From positions 14,818,001-14,882,000 of the forward strand of contig JBHGNT010000012.1 of NCBI GenBank assembly GCA_043228905.1: 64,000 nt of DNA. Direction: 5' to 3'. The notes under the pieces are model-generated. The model made no database searches. It saw only the letters and a program-made list of their open reading frames with translations, and had not been told where the DNA came from. The DNA comes from Azolla caroliniana (Eukaryota > Plantae > Polypodiophyta). The position numbers were made by a program, and so were the translations under genes. Shown here in pieces: positions 13,064 to 26,203 of this stretch. The first letter of the stretch is position 1. Each line of letters starts with the position of its first letter.

Positions 13064-13080
13064 ACACGGGTGGCAAGGAG

Positions 13081-16000
13081 ATGGAAAATCGACCGAAGGC
13101 TAACAACATGATAATGATGTTCAAGCGGATGCTTCAAGAACAACATGCGATGTCGGAGATAGTGGCAGCAGTAGAGCGGCTCGTGCAACGGATCGGGCAA
13201 TTCAACGGAAAGGACGTATCACGCTATCTTCGGGACTACAAGGCGGAAATGCTAAGGTGCGGGATTTCGGTAGGACTGCAAGTGACATCCTTCAACCGGG
13301 TGGCTACCGATGGGCTTCAAGCAAGTATCCATGGGCTACGACAACAAAATCCGACGTGGGAAGCGTTTGAAGAGGCGCTAAAGACCACGTTCGCTATCGA
13401 GGACTCCTCCAAGGCAACGCGGAGAGGATTCGAGGATTGGGTGGAAACGCTGGAGAAGGGGATGAAGGTCCTCGATGTGTTTTCGGCAATCGAAAGTCGG
13501 TTCGGGAGGTTATCTGCGAGAGATCAAGCTATCCTTACACCGAACAAAGTTATTATGTTCTTACGAGCCGTAGTCGTCCGGGACCGGAAGGATCTTGGAG
13601 TGCTTCTAGAGGACACGACTACCGAGAGTGGCCTCACCGAAACATGGGAAAGCATACGGGATATCGTCACGCGATACAGAAGGAGGGGGCAATGGCTTGC
13701 CAACGAAGAAAAGAGGGTTTCAGAACCGATTCTGAAACCGAAATCCGGATCGGAAGACCATCAACCGCGTGCTCGAGAAGCTATGACCGAGGAGGGAATC
13801 GACGCAACTACGGTGGAGCAGTTACTGAAGGAGATGGAGAATCTAAAAATCGCGATGGTGAAGAAGTTAGATGATCGTGCCACAAGTTCCAAGTATATGG
13901 ACCGTCGGTGCATATGGTGCGATAGCACCGAACATGATCGGAGGGATTGCGACGAGCACAAGGAAACACTATAATGGGATCTGATCTACTACGAGGGAAA
14001 TCAGATTCATTCAATGGACTCTCGGAAGCCACTCCGACCGAACTTCCGAAAAGGTGGCATAAAGAAAGTCCTAGAGGAGGAAATAGCGGCGAAGAGTAGT
14101 TACGCAACAACCGCGGGAATACGTGTCGAGGAGTCATCGGGAGTAAAGGTGTCTTTAAATTGGCCGAAAGTGCTAGAAAACACCGAGAAAACCGACTCCA
14201 ACGAGATCTGAAGCACCGTGGAAGGCATCCGGGAAGCTACAGAATGGGAGTGCCCCGTCGATAAGAATAGCGTATACGCCCTATTTCAATTACATGAGCT
14301 GTATGTGGACGAGAAGCGACGACGCACGAAGGATGCGGCCGGACCATCGAAGACACCGGAGAGCTGGAACTCCGACGGAAGAGGGAAAGGAAAAACAATT
14401 CCGACATTCAAACTCACTTTGGACATCGAGATGGACCAAAATTTCTTTGTACAAGACGAGGTCTCACACTCTGTGATCCTCGGGCAACCCTTTATCAGGG
14501 CTACACGGATGGAGACAAAGGTGCTCAATAGCGGTGTGGCTTTTGCACGAATTCGGCCAAAATGGAGGGAAATCCGTCCAATTCCTAACGGTGCCGGCAA
14601 ATCATGAAAGGAACAAGAGAGAGCTCTTGTCCCAAACAAGAATGGATTTTTAGAGCAAACTGTTACGGAGTGGGGCAGTGAAGTCCAAGAAGCCCTGATA
14701 CCCCACACAGGAAGAAAACTTTGAGAGGAAAACAAGTACGAATCGGTCCGGATGGGGCATCCACGTACACGGTTGTAATCGGAGGAATGAAGAAAGAATA
14801 CCAAAAAGTGGAGGATAAGTTACGGTCGGCATCAATAATAAAAGAAGACGAAGAAATCATGGGAATAGTCGAAGAAGTGTTCTATGGGAGCACACTACAA
14901 TGGCTTGAAGAGCTCGCGGAAGATACAACCTAGGGAAACCGGGTAATTCCGGTGGAATCGGTCGAGATGTATGAGATCATTACGAAAATGGGGCCGGATG
15001 CGCTCCGCAAAGAAGAAGCAATGGTAAGTACAAAATACAAGACCGTGGAGAAGAAGGTGAAACCGGACGCGGGACCACTACCCGCCGATAGCAAACAAAA
15101 GAGGAAAGAAGTCTCGAGAGATCCGACAATTTGGAAGTCCGTGGATATCGGGCATGTCTTCACGGATGAGACCCGGAAGAAACTTTGGATCGGTGGAGGT
15201 GGTTTCCTCTTACAGAAAGAAGAAGAACGGTTTAGTGAGATGTTGGAGCAACAGGGCAAACCGTTCGCAGTCACATCAAGGGAGATAGGATGCATTGATC
15301 CGAAGATAGTGGAGCTGATGGTGATCTTCACAATTGACCATGTGTCGTGGAACTTGAAGTCGATTCCAGTGCCACGGGCGCATATTCCGAAAGTCATCGA
15401 CTTGCTCAAGGAGAAGGTGGGGATGGGGATTCTAGAGCCATCAAACGCTCCATACTCGAATCGATGGTTTACGGTTCCAAAGAAGAATGGATCACTCCGA
15501 TTTATCCAAGAGTTGCAACCGGTGAACAAGGTCATGATCCGGAACTCGGGAGTCGGTCCGATAGTGGACGAATTTGCGGAAGCTTTTGCCGGATGCGCGA
15601 TGTACTCCATCCGAGACCTATACTCCGGGTATGACCAATTCCACCTAGCCTTGGAGAGCCGAGACATCACCATCATGCGGACACCAATAGGGTTAGTCCG
15701 AATGTGCACACTACCACAAGGAGCGACAAACTCGGTTGCACATATGATGAACACGATGAACAAGGTGCTTCGAGATTGCATCCCGGAGATAACGATGCCG
15801 TTCCTAGATGACATTCTGATGAAAGGATGCGCAGTAGAAGAAAAAGATGAGACTATGGATGATCGAGGATGCCGAAAGTTCATAGTCGAGCATATTCGCG
15901 ATTGCAAGAAAGTGCTTCGAAAGTTAGAAGATGTGCACCTAACACTTTCCGGGGAGAAATCAGCAGTCGGGGAAGAAGAGATATTGGTAGTCGGACATCT

Positions 16001-18283
16001 ATGTGGGCCCTACGGCCGAAGACCGTCACCGACCAAGATCGATGTGATTCAAGCTATGAAAGAAATATGCGAGTCACAATCCGAAGTCTGAAGGTTTCTC
16101 AGAGCATGTGCATTCTACCACATATGGATTCCGCACTATGCACATATTGCGGACACACTCTATCACTTGTTGCGGAAGGGTAAGAAGTTCAAATGGAAAC
16201 TGGAGTATATTAAAGCCGTGAAGAAGCTAAAGAAATCACTACAGAGGGCAAAAGCACTAAAGAAGCCGAACTATGACCGACCGATCATAGTAACGGTTGA
16301 CACAAGTCCAACCGGAATCGGATGGGTCATCAATCAAGCTGATCCGGATGGTTCACGATATCCGATCCGATTCGGAGCAAAGGTTCTCAACGAAAGGCAA
16401 CGCGGGTATGCACAAGTCAAAAGAGAATTATGGGAGTCGTGTCAGCAATCAAATCAAATCCAGATTATTTGATAGGAGCGGAAGTAGTGATCGAAACGGA
16501 TTGTCTTCTAATACTCGGGATGATGCGGTGTTGCACGATACCGGATGTGGCTATGCTAAGATGGATTGCATATGTTAAGTCGCTTAACCCGAACGTACGA
16601 CACATCTCCGGAAAAGACAACGTGGTAGCGGATATGCTATCAAGGGCTCGGTTCGGAGAAGACATAGCCGAATACGATAATGAAGAAGTTTCTGAAGACT
16701 ACTTTGCTTCAGAGCACATATGCCGAGTAAACGTAATCCGAGAATTCCGAGAAGAAGAATACGAGGGAGAAAGCTTGACGATCGGGAAGATGCTACAAGA
16801 GATTGAGGTGTCAACGAACGATAAAGAAAAGAGAGCTGAGATCCGAAGTAAGAAGCGACAAGTCCGAAAGTTCTTCTTGAAAAATGGATTAATATGGAGG
16901 GAGCCAAAACGACCGGATGGCATACCACTTCGGGTAGTCGGGACGAAAGAGCAACGAAACCGGATAATATCCGACTTTCATGAATCCGATTGGGCTGGAC
17001 ATCGAGGAACATGGGCAACTTTTGTGAAAATCAAACAAAAATATTGGTGGAAGAATATGTACAAAGATGTAACGGAGTTCACAGGAAGCTGCGAGAAGTG
17101 TCAAGTCTACTCCGGGGTTCGACACCGAGATGAATTACATCCAACATTTTCACCGACAATCAACTTCAAGTGGATGGTCGACATTGTAGCCATGCCAACC
17201 GGGATCGGACAAAAGAAGTACTTGGTGTTAGCTCGGGAAGATCTCACAAACCAAGTAGAAGGTCGAGCACTACGAAGGAAAATGTGTTCTACGGTATGCC
17301 AATTTCTTTTGGAGGAGGTGTTTTGCAGGTACGGGTGCATAGGACAAGTGATTGCGGATAGGGGAGAACTTAACTCTGACAAAGCTAGGGGATTCTTTTC
17401 CAAACATGGAGTTCAGTTAACATTGACAATGACATACAATCCGGAAGCCAACGGGAAGATCGAACGAGGACATAGTCTGATCGTCAAAGCACTTGCGAAG
17501 GCATGCGATGGAAGGGTGAAGGATTGGCCGCAGATGCTTCCGTATGCACTATGGGTGGATCGGACGACACATAGCTCCGTAACTGGTTACATGCCGGCAT
17601 AACTCATGACCGGACAAGCACCGGTAATGCCAACGGAAACCGCGATCACGACATGGACAGTGCTACCGTGGAAGGAAGAGATGAGCCGGGAAGAACTACT
17701 AGCGGTCTGGATACGACAACTAGAAGGAAGACCGGAAGCAATACGCCGACAACAAGCAGCGCGATTCCGGAATAAAAGCTGGTTCAACACAAAGCACCGA
17801 CTACGACCGCGGAAGATTGAAGAAGGAGATGGGGTGATTGTCTATGACAGTAGTTTGGGTCATCAAGAAGCGTGATTCCGGAATAAAAGCCGGTTCAACA
17901 CAAAGCACCGACTACGACCGCGGAAGATTGAAGAAGGAGATTGGGTGATTGTCTATGATAGTAGTTTGGATCATCAACATACAACGATGCGGAAGTTCGC
18001 GAAAAGGTGGTTCAGACCATACGAGGTTCGGAAAGTTTTCGAGAACAGAACTTACCGACTATGAGAGTTGGATGGAACGATGCTACGAGTGCCTATAGTT
18101 GGGAAACGGGGGAAGATTTTCAAGAAGCGGACTGATGAAGAACCCTATGTGATCCTTGACAAGACTGACAAGGAGGAGCAATCGGACGAAGATCGCGGTG
18201 ATGCGGAAAGCAAAGAAAGTGGATTACAACTCATCGTTGACTTAAGGGGAGAATCGGAGGAGGCTTCGGATGAAGGTGAATAG
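13081..18283 (+). pseudogene. gag-pol: gag-pol of E (gag CCHC, partly deleted protease, RT, RNase H, integrase, acidic tail, no chromodomain)
   Basis: CIWCDSTEHDRRDC; LPQGATNS; PFLDD; VDTSP; H..GH..CEKC; IADRGE; NPEANGKIER. Confidence 0.92.
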
Positions 18284-20215
18284 CAAGCATCGGGGACTTC
18301 GGCACATACCGGAGGATGTGCGGGTTTGGAGGGGGCCAGTGTCCTAGTGTGAATCACACACTACGTGAAATATGTAAAATACTATATCGGATTTAAAGTA
18401 TGTATAATAAATAAAATACAATATTGTAAAACTATGTATTACATGCATAGGGCAAGATTCTAACCCTATACCTCCATGTAGACAAACCCCAACTTTACCA
18501 TTGTACTAACTTATCCTTAGTGTTATAAATATAGATTTAATACCTATAAGACCTTTATTTACGCTTACCTTTATTAAAAAGGTAAGTCATGCATTTTTAG
18601 AGTATGTGAATACTTTAAGAAAAATGTAAACCAATAAAATATTACTCATGCACATCTAGTGTGCATGAACACTTTTAGGGAAAGTAGGAAGCCATGCTTA
18701 GCCTCTCCCATCCTTATATAAGGAGGAGAGAAATATGTATAAGGTTGTTGATTATTTTACAAGGGTTGATTAATATAATATATTCGTGGGACTCACGAAT
18801 TTGCTAACTATTTTTCTCTCTTAAATCTGAGTACTCACTAATACACTATACTCGTGGGATTCACGAGTTTTTCATATCTTTCTTTCTTACAATATATTTC
18901 ATATTCTTAATTGGCATAGAATTTTGTTTTCTCCTAGTCCAAAATCTCAGTGGTTCCCACTCGACTCAAGCAACGATCCGGAGCCGAAAGGCACAACAAC
19001 ATATTACATTCACAAATATATGTTACGTTTGTGTATGAGGTCATTACCTTGATTTGTAAGTAAATTATATGTGTTTGGTGTCGTATGCGTATGAGGTCAA
19101 TAACTCAATTGCGTATTACGATTAACCCTTATTTCTAGATGTTTTGTGTGCGTAGAGGGTATATGCCTCGCTTACGTATCTCAACGTATTACGTATTTGA
19201 TCGTAAATATGTGATAATATACATATGTGTATATAAGTTATTATGTGATTTCAATATCAAATGTTTTCCTTTTCGGGGAAAGGATCTTGGTGGCCGTCCT
19301 CACATTTTTGTGAGAGTGGCGTTGTCACCATCCCTTTTTCAACAAATTTTAATTGTTGACATCCCATTTGGTGACTTCAATTTCTTTACGTAATGAAACA
19401 ATATTAGCCATAATGGTGTTGAGAATGTAGGGCTTGACCCACTTGATGTGAGGTCACTGTTATGACACACATATCCAACATTCCTCCCTCATTACATGGA
19501 TACGATGCCACCATGAGATCATTCTTATAAAAGGCATTCGTAATGACGTAACCATGTGATGGGCCGCATGGGCCTACTACGAAAAGAGGGCTCATTTGGC
19601 TTGACCATTAGGTTGCACTTTCGCGTATTCCATCGTAATTACGAGACTTGAGGTTAGGTAACGTACCAACAAAGTTTGTGGTAAACGAGGGGGAAATAAG
19701 GACTCTTGACATATATGTTTCTTTTAAAAAAACATATACAGGCAAATGCCTCATATATCTCTTATACGCATTAAATATTAAACATTCAAGAAGAGCAACC
19801 TACTTGGTTAGCTCAAGTGTTTAATGCATTTGTTCTTGAGGTCTCGAGTTCAAATATGATCGAGACCATACAACATCGTTGATACATATGACTATAACAC
19901 ATGTTTAGACTTGAGGTCTAAGTGCACTTTGGGGTCCTCATAATAGGACTTCAAGAGCCGAAACCACATATCTGGGCACCGAAACATAGTTTATTGTTAA
20001 CATTTTTTTCGTGTATAAACTATTCATGACACGAACATACATGGTTGAGCCTCGGGGAGCCGCCATGAAAAAATCAATATACAGATCAAGAAAAGACATT
20101 AATTTGTCACCCCCATGGGATTTAAAACACCTTTGTGTTACCATAGTACCCTGATCTTCAACCTCATCTCATATGTCTAGAGGGGTATCAAGACGTGAGA
20201 TCATGATATCGATTA

Positions 20216-21280
20216 ATGTTTGCCCATGATATGTTTACATCACGACATGATGTTATGACTATTTGTATGACCTTATCCTATTTCTTTGCTAGAAATAATC
20301 ATTCAATGGCTCAAAATAACAACCCGATGTCATCCGCTCAAGCAGAAGGAACTCAAGGAAATCCTCCTGGACAAATGTCCATTGAGATGTATTTTTCACA
20401 AATAAGCCAATACCTCAGTTTCACCGTTCAACAGATGACCGAACTTCGGCAATCTCAAAGTGCTCTCGAGGCACGTGTCATTAGTTTACAACGTGAGACT
20501 AATAAACCTGATGAGCGAAAGGGTGAACCATCGTTTGTCGTTAAGCCATTTACGGGAGAAAAAAAGGAAAGAACCAAAGAAGCAATCTGCACGTGGCTGG
20601 GCCGATGGGAGTCTCATTTTGAGCGCTATCCCACGCTAGATAGTACGAAGATTGCATATGTCAGCCGAGAACTAGGGGGTAAGGCTGCCGCCTAGAGGCG
20701 TGGGCTCCGAACTTTTGGGAAATTGCCCGATACCTGGATAGATTTTGTTACAGTTTTTAAGGGCCAATTTTCGCAACCTCCCTCTCGAACCGAGGCATCA
20801 CAAGCTTTAATGAACCTCTCTAGCAGGAAGTTTTCCTCTCTAGAAGACTAAGTTCACTATGCTAGAACCCAAATCCAAAAATCGGGTCTAGAAGGGGACA
20901 ATTGGTTAATAGCTTGTTTTGTCAATGGCATCCCCAATTCGGACTATCACTGGATAGTGCACGATAAGGATCCAAAATCCTTCCAAGAGGCCGTTGAAAT
21001 TGTTCTTCGCTATCAACGCACTTCGAAGAAGGACCAAAACAAACCCAACGAAGCAACTGGGACTAAGCAATTGCAATTCTAGAAAACGCAAGACACCCAA
21101 CGAATTCATGGATCGTGATTGTAAGTGACAACATCCTTTTTGCGTATTCTGCAAAAAGAGGGGTCATACAAAAGAGCAATGTCGAAACCTCCAACGGAAA
21201 GAGCACGAAAGCAAAGCTAAAGCTGCAGACCATAAAGGTCAGATTCCGAATGTCCTTCAGGTCTATACACATCATTTAAG
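20216..21280 (+). pseudogene. gag: Gag of D
   Basis: KPFTGE...TWLGRWESHF...ELGGKAAA*; CVFCKKRGHTKEQC near 21140-21185. Confidence 0.75.
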
Positions 21281-21311
21281 TAATTGTCAATGTTCTTTCC
21301 CTCACTATGTA

Positions 21312-22610
21312 TTGGGTCCCAATGATTTACTACATGCAAACGTGTATATCAATGGATCTCCCGTACAATTTTTGTTTGATTCGGGCGGCTCACACAACTT
21401 TTTGAATGATCGTTTGGTTCATATATGGGGAATCCAATCCACCGTAAATGATCACACCTATACGGTGCACTTGGCTGATGGAAGAGTACAATACATCAAC
21501 GGGGCGATTCATTCATTAGGAATTTCTATTGATACTTATATAGAGGAAGTAGACTTCCATGTAATGAATCTTTGTACCAATGATGTAATACTGGGTTATC
21601 CCTGGTTCTATAATAAAAGCTCTTCTTTATCTATTGATTTGGTTCATCATTCAATAACTTTTGAACTAAACGATTGTACTCATTTCATTCAATGTGTAAA
21701 AAAACAATCCATCTCGATTGTTTCCTCTCCATCAATATCTAAGGTGTCTTGTTCTACTCTATTTTATTGTGTACTTGATTCGGACATTCACATTTACAAT
21801 ATCGATAATGTCTTGGTTCAATTAACATATTTTGAACAACAACAACTTGATGAAATCTTAAATGATTTTCGTGATGTTTTCCCAAGTGAACTACCAGATG
21901 GGTTACCTCCTAAACTTAATATAGACTATCGTATAGATATTGTACCTGGCGTTGCACCAATAAGTATACCTCCTTATCACTTAAGTCGATCCGAAGAGGA
22001 TGAGGTATCTAAGCAACTCAAGGACTATTTATGAGTGTGTTACATACGTTATAGTAAATCTCCATGGGGTGCACCAGTTCTCTTGGTTAAAAAGAAAGAG
22101 GGCACATGGCGTATGTGTATTAATTACTGACGCTTGAATAAAGTGACGATCAAGAATTTGTATCCATTGCCTCGGGCTGACGATCTAATTGACTGTCTCT
22201 AGGGAGCTCAGTATTTTACGAAACTTGATCTTCGTACTGGCTACCATCAAATTCTTATAATTGAGGACGATGTTCCTAAAATGACATTTCATACGCGCTA
22301 TGGCCATTATGAGTTTTTGGTTATGCCTTTTGGTTTAACCAATGCTCCGACTACATTTCAACAAGAAATGAATGAAATTTTCTGAGAAAAACTTGGAAAA
22401 TTTGTAGTTGTTTTCTTGGATGAGATTTTAGTTTATAGCCGTACATTACAAACATTGCATGACAAACAGTTTTATGCGAAGATCTCAAAATGTGAGTTCT
22501 TCAAGAAATCAATTACTTATCTTGGATATCTCATAACCGAATGAGAAGTTGAAATTGATCCTTCTCGCATCGAGAAAATCAAGCTTTGGTTGTTGGTCAC
22601 AGGTGTCAAT
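21312..22610 (+). pseudogene. pol: Protease and RT of D
   Basis: LFDSGGSHNF; [12 protein letters not shown]; [10 protein letters not shown]; MPFGLTNAP. Confidence 0.9.
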
Positions 22611-23330
22611 TGTCGATCGAACAACACTCCTTCTCATTCTTGAGTTGATTAATGAGGTCGGCGGTCACCTTCGCCTGTACTTCATACTCCATAAATTGGG
22701 TCTGGTAGGTCGTTTGCAACATATCCAAAACTGTCCTTGCCCGTTGCACTTCCTTGTTGTGCTTCGATTGGAGTTTCGCTCTTTCTTTCGTTGCTTCCTC
22801 CATCACCTTCGTCGTCATCTCAACCATCAGTCTACCTTGATCTGTCAGCGCCTCCATTTTTTCCTTCAACTCCGTCCGGGCCTCCTTAAGCTTTTGTTGT
22901 TGTCGGTCATAATCCGACCCTAGCTTCTTATGTTCCACTTCAAGTTGCTTATGATCCCTATGTAGCTTCTTGAAGTCTTTCGTTTTCTGCATTAGGCTCC
23001 GGTTGATTTGAGATTGCGCACGATCTTCCCAGTCCTTTTGTTGCCAGATTTCTTCTTTCAGCTACACTATTTCCATTTTGGCCATCCTCCGGAGCTTGTC
23101 TTTTTCTTGTAGTAACTTTTCTCTTTTTTCCTTAAGCTGGTCGTTGTTTGCTTTACTCTTCCGGAGATTTCCTCAGTCCTCTGTTTTCTCTTCTTCGGTT
23201 GTCTTCCTCTATAATTCTCTTTCTCGCTCTCTTAATGCTTCTTGAGCGGCTAATTCCACCCTTAATGTTTGCATTTCCTTTTCCCACTCAGCTTCTTTTT
23301 CCAAAGCTGTTCTGGCCACTAGTTCTACTA
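22606..23330 (-). pseudogene. Degenerate coiled-coil coding sequence of unknown origin, downstream of the LTR start of P
   Basis: E/K/R/Q-rich heptad-like reading (128-aa ORF 22606..22992, extendable upstream through a stop and a frameshift). Confidence 0.5.
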
Positions 23331-24092
23331 CAATTCTCTCCTCGATTACCTCACCTACCTCTCACTTTTAACCTCCTTGGTATGAACCTAAGTACATACT
23401 ACACTCACTCTTCCAATGTACCTTTGCACCTTACATTTTTCTTTCCTATTTAAATTTCTTACTTTCATCCTCATGTGCATGTGCATAAAGTCCTCCTATG
23501 TGTGTTCACATCTGCACAACCAAAATTTCCCCCTTTTTGGTAGATTTCCTCACCGTTTCTGGAAATCGTCATCACATCCACCCCCACCAAACCACACATC
23601 CTCTAGGATTTGTTGAAAGGGAAGAGGGGAAGTTCCAGAAATGGCAATCACATGTCCTCTTGTACTTTGATTCCTCCCACATTCAATTGCTCATCCCTTC
23701 TGTCTTCGTCGCTGAGGCCCTCGATGTCTGGATCTGGTTTAGGGTTTGACCACTTCTTGAAGAATTTTATCCTTGTTCCCACAATGGGCACAACCAACTT
23801 GGTTCCATCGAGCTCAGCAAGGTGATATCCAGCGTTGTCGTTGGTGCTTATCACCACATATGGCCCAAACCACCTTCTTGCAAATTTCCTCGTCGATTGG
23901 TGTTGATTGTTGAGGCTCTTGTCATAGACTACCACCCAATCTCCTTCCTCAATTTTCTTGGGATGAAGCCAATGCATTTTCTCGAACCAATCCTTGTTCT
24001 TCATCATGGTTGCCTTCATTCTTTCTCGTGCCTTCTCTAGATCCTCAGGTTGCCTTTTGAGTTGTCATATCCATGTAGCCAATAACTCTTCC
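22611..24092 (-). mobile_element. Element P: 3' fragment of an E/J-lineage gypsy (integrase tail, PPT, LTR starting at 23576)
   Basis: KKIEEGDWVVVYD...KFARRWFGPY matches the E integrase; PPT GGTTTGGTGGGGGTGGA is identical to that of J; left boundary uncertain. Confidence 0.75.
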
Positions 24093-24868
24093 CAGGACAA
24101 AACTAAGAAAGTGTTGTGGTTGTCACAAAAGAAATACGTGATGAAGATCCTTGAAAGATTCAACATGTCAGAGGCGAAGCTAGTCGACTTTGTGTTGCCG
24201 ACAAACTACAAGTTAAATGCTAAGCAATGCCCCAAAGGGGAGAAAGAAAAGGCTGAGATGAGGAAGGTGCCATATGCCTCAGTCGTTGGTAGTTTAATGT
24301 ACTCTATGGTCTGCAGGAGACCACACATAGCTTTTGTTGTGGGAACAGTAAGCCAATATATGAGTAATCCAGGACAAGAACATTGGGCAGCGGTGAAGTG
24401 GATATTCAAGTACTTGAGAGGCACCTCAGGGTTATGCTTAAAGTATGGTGTCGGAAAACCCATGCTCGAAGGGTTTACCAATTCGGACATGTCGGGGGAC
24501 ACAGACTCGAGCTTATCCATGTCCTATAGAGGCAGACTATATGGCAGTGACAGAGGCCGATAAGGAGCTGCTTTGGATAAGGAATTTCCTCAGTGAACTC
24601 AAGACGAAGCAAAAAAGAATTCTTGCTCCACTGTGATAATCAGAGTGCCATACATCTTGCAAAGAACGTTACATACCACTCTCGGACCAAGCATATACAA
24701 AGGAGGTATCACTGGCTACAAGAGAAGGTATATGAAGGAGAGTTTTCCATCATGAAGATCCATACCGACGACAATGGATCCGAAATGCTCACGAAGAACC
24801 TACCAATGGATAGACTCAGAGCCTGTCGACAAAAGACAGGACTGACTGACTCCCACCCACTAGAGTGA
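24093..24868 (+). pseudogene. pol: RT C-terminus and RNase H of an upstream tandem copy of the O family
   Basis: LSQKKYVMKILERF...CDNQSAIHLAKN...RTKHI, followed by PPT GAAGGGGAG. Confidence 0.9.
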
Positions 24869-24877
24869 AGGGGAGTT

Positions 24878-25551
24878 TGTTGGGAATAAGTCCCTCTAGT
24901 CAAAGGAGCCGACTGTTTGGGCCAAGAAGTGCCGACAGTCGAAGACAAGGAGGAGCCAACTGTTTGAGTCAAGTGCCGATGGTTGAAGAGTCAATTGCGA
25001 GAAAGTTGACTGTGAGAGTCGACTAGGTGAGTCGACAGGAAGGAGATCCAGGTCGATGACAAGATTGACCAACCAGATGGTCATCGCCAGGCCAACTAGT
25101 CTGACCGATTGGACAGTCAACATTAGAGTCGGCTGATGGCTAATTATTCTTATAGATAATAATAGAAGTGATGTGTAGTAGGGGCTACAATTGTAAATAG
25201 CCCATATGATGTATTAGTAGAAATACACCTAGGGCAAATAGAAGACAGTGTGTAGAGATGAGAGAGTAAGAGCGTTGTAGTGAAGCGCGAGAGAAAAAGG
25301 AGAGGGAGAGAGCAGCGCCATAGGTGTGTGAAACAGTAGGCACCAAGAGCCATGTGAGGCTGATACACTCCACAAAGAGTGTTGTAATCTTCTATGTTTG
25401 TATATCCACTATATAATGAAGCTTTGTTCCCATGGTTTTCCCCCTTTAGGGTATCCACGTAAAATCTGTGTACACTGTTGATATGTGTGTGTGATTCGAG
25501 TTGTGTATTTCAACGTATTCTTATTATGAGTTAACGATTGGTTTTTCAACA
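24878..25551 (+). repeat. LTR shared by two tandem O-family internal regions
   Basis: TGTTGG...TCAACA with a PPT immediately upstream and a PBS immediately downstream. Confidence 0.9.
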
Positions 25552-26164
25552 AACTGGCATCAGAGGTTGAGGTGCAAGCATGGAAGGAGTTGTGAGCGGC
25601 TTCCTAGGTATGATAGTTCTAAACTCTGAGAACTATGTGGACTCAAAGATAAAGATGGAGGACCTTCTCATAGTCAAAGACTTGTACGAGCCGATCGATA
25701 GAGCAGAAATACCCATAGGGGGTATTAGAGTCGGAATAGAAACTTCTTAACAGAAAGTCGGTAGCCACCATTCAACAGTGTGTCGATGTGAGTTTTCTTC
25801 AACATATGGCGAACGACGCGAATGCTCACGAAATGTGGCAGAAGCTATCAGGTCTATATGTCTCATGATATAGCATGCTATGGCATTAAATCAAAAGGAA
25901 TTGAACCGATGACCTTGTGTAACATGGGTTGAAACCTTACCATTAAGCTATACATTGTAATATAAAGAATATTGTTTTCATTTATTATTTCACTATAGAA
26001 AATTGATGTATACTGGAACATTCTAGAAACTTTAGGAGTACTCCTAACAACACTATAAAAAGAGGCACAAGGCATTACTTCGAACCAATTTGGTTCAACG
26101 CAAGTCTTAAGCCTCCTAGCTATTTTTGTACCTACTCTTCATATAATATATCACATGTTATCAT

Positions 26165-26203
<39 letters not shown>

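Larger units (their letters stand above)
12377..18998 (+). mobile_element. Element E: near-full-length tRNA-Trp-primed non-chromoviral Ty3/gypsy
   Basis: LTRs 12377-13042 and 18340-18998, PBS TGGTGAACCCGACGTGA at 13047-13063, PPT GGAGGGGG, degenerate 4-bp TSD AGGT/ACAT. Confidence 0.93.
12295..19170 (+). repeat. 56-nt-period hairpin array in the leader of D (split by E)
   Basis: GAGGTCAATACCTC-like units at 12299, 12355, 19037, 19093 and a degenerate one at 19155. Confidence 0.8.
11589..22610 (+). mobile_element. Element D: 3'-truncated, Met-primed, chromovirus-type Ty3/gypsy containing E
   Basis: LTR 11589-12039 (TGTTG...CTAATA), PBS TGGTTTCAAAGC at 12042 (degenerate TGGTATCAGAGC), long leader, gag, PR, RT. 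Confidence 0.8.

Noticed and set aside
14930-15907. 325-aa antisense ORF and similar shadow ORFs opposite pol genes
   Set aside because: They mirror the RT coding frame and carry no independent motifs.
12295-19170. CRISPR array
   Set aside because: Eukaryotic TE context, no cas genes, short degenerate cores, and spacers related to one another.
19805-19856. Further tRNA-like A/B boxes in the leader of D
   Set aside because: Too degenerate (GAGTTCAAATAT) and single-copy to support.
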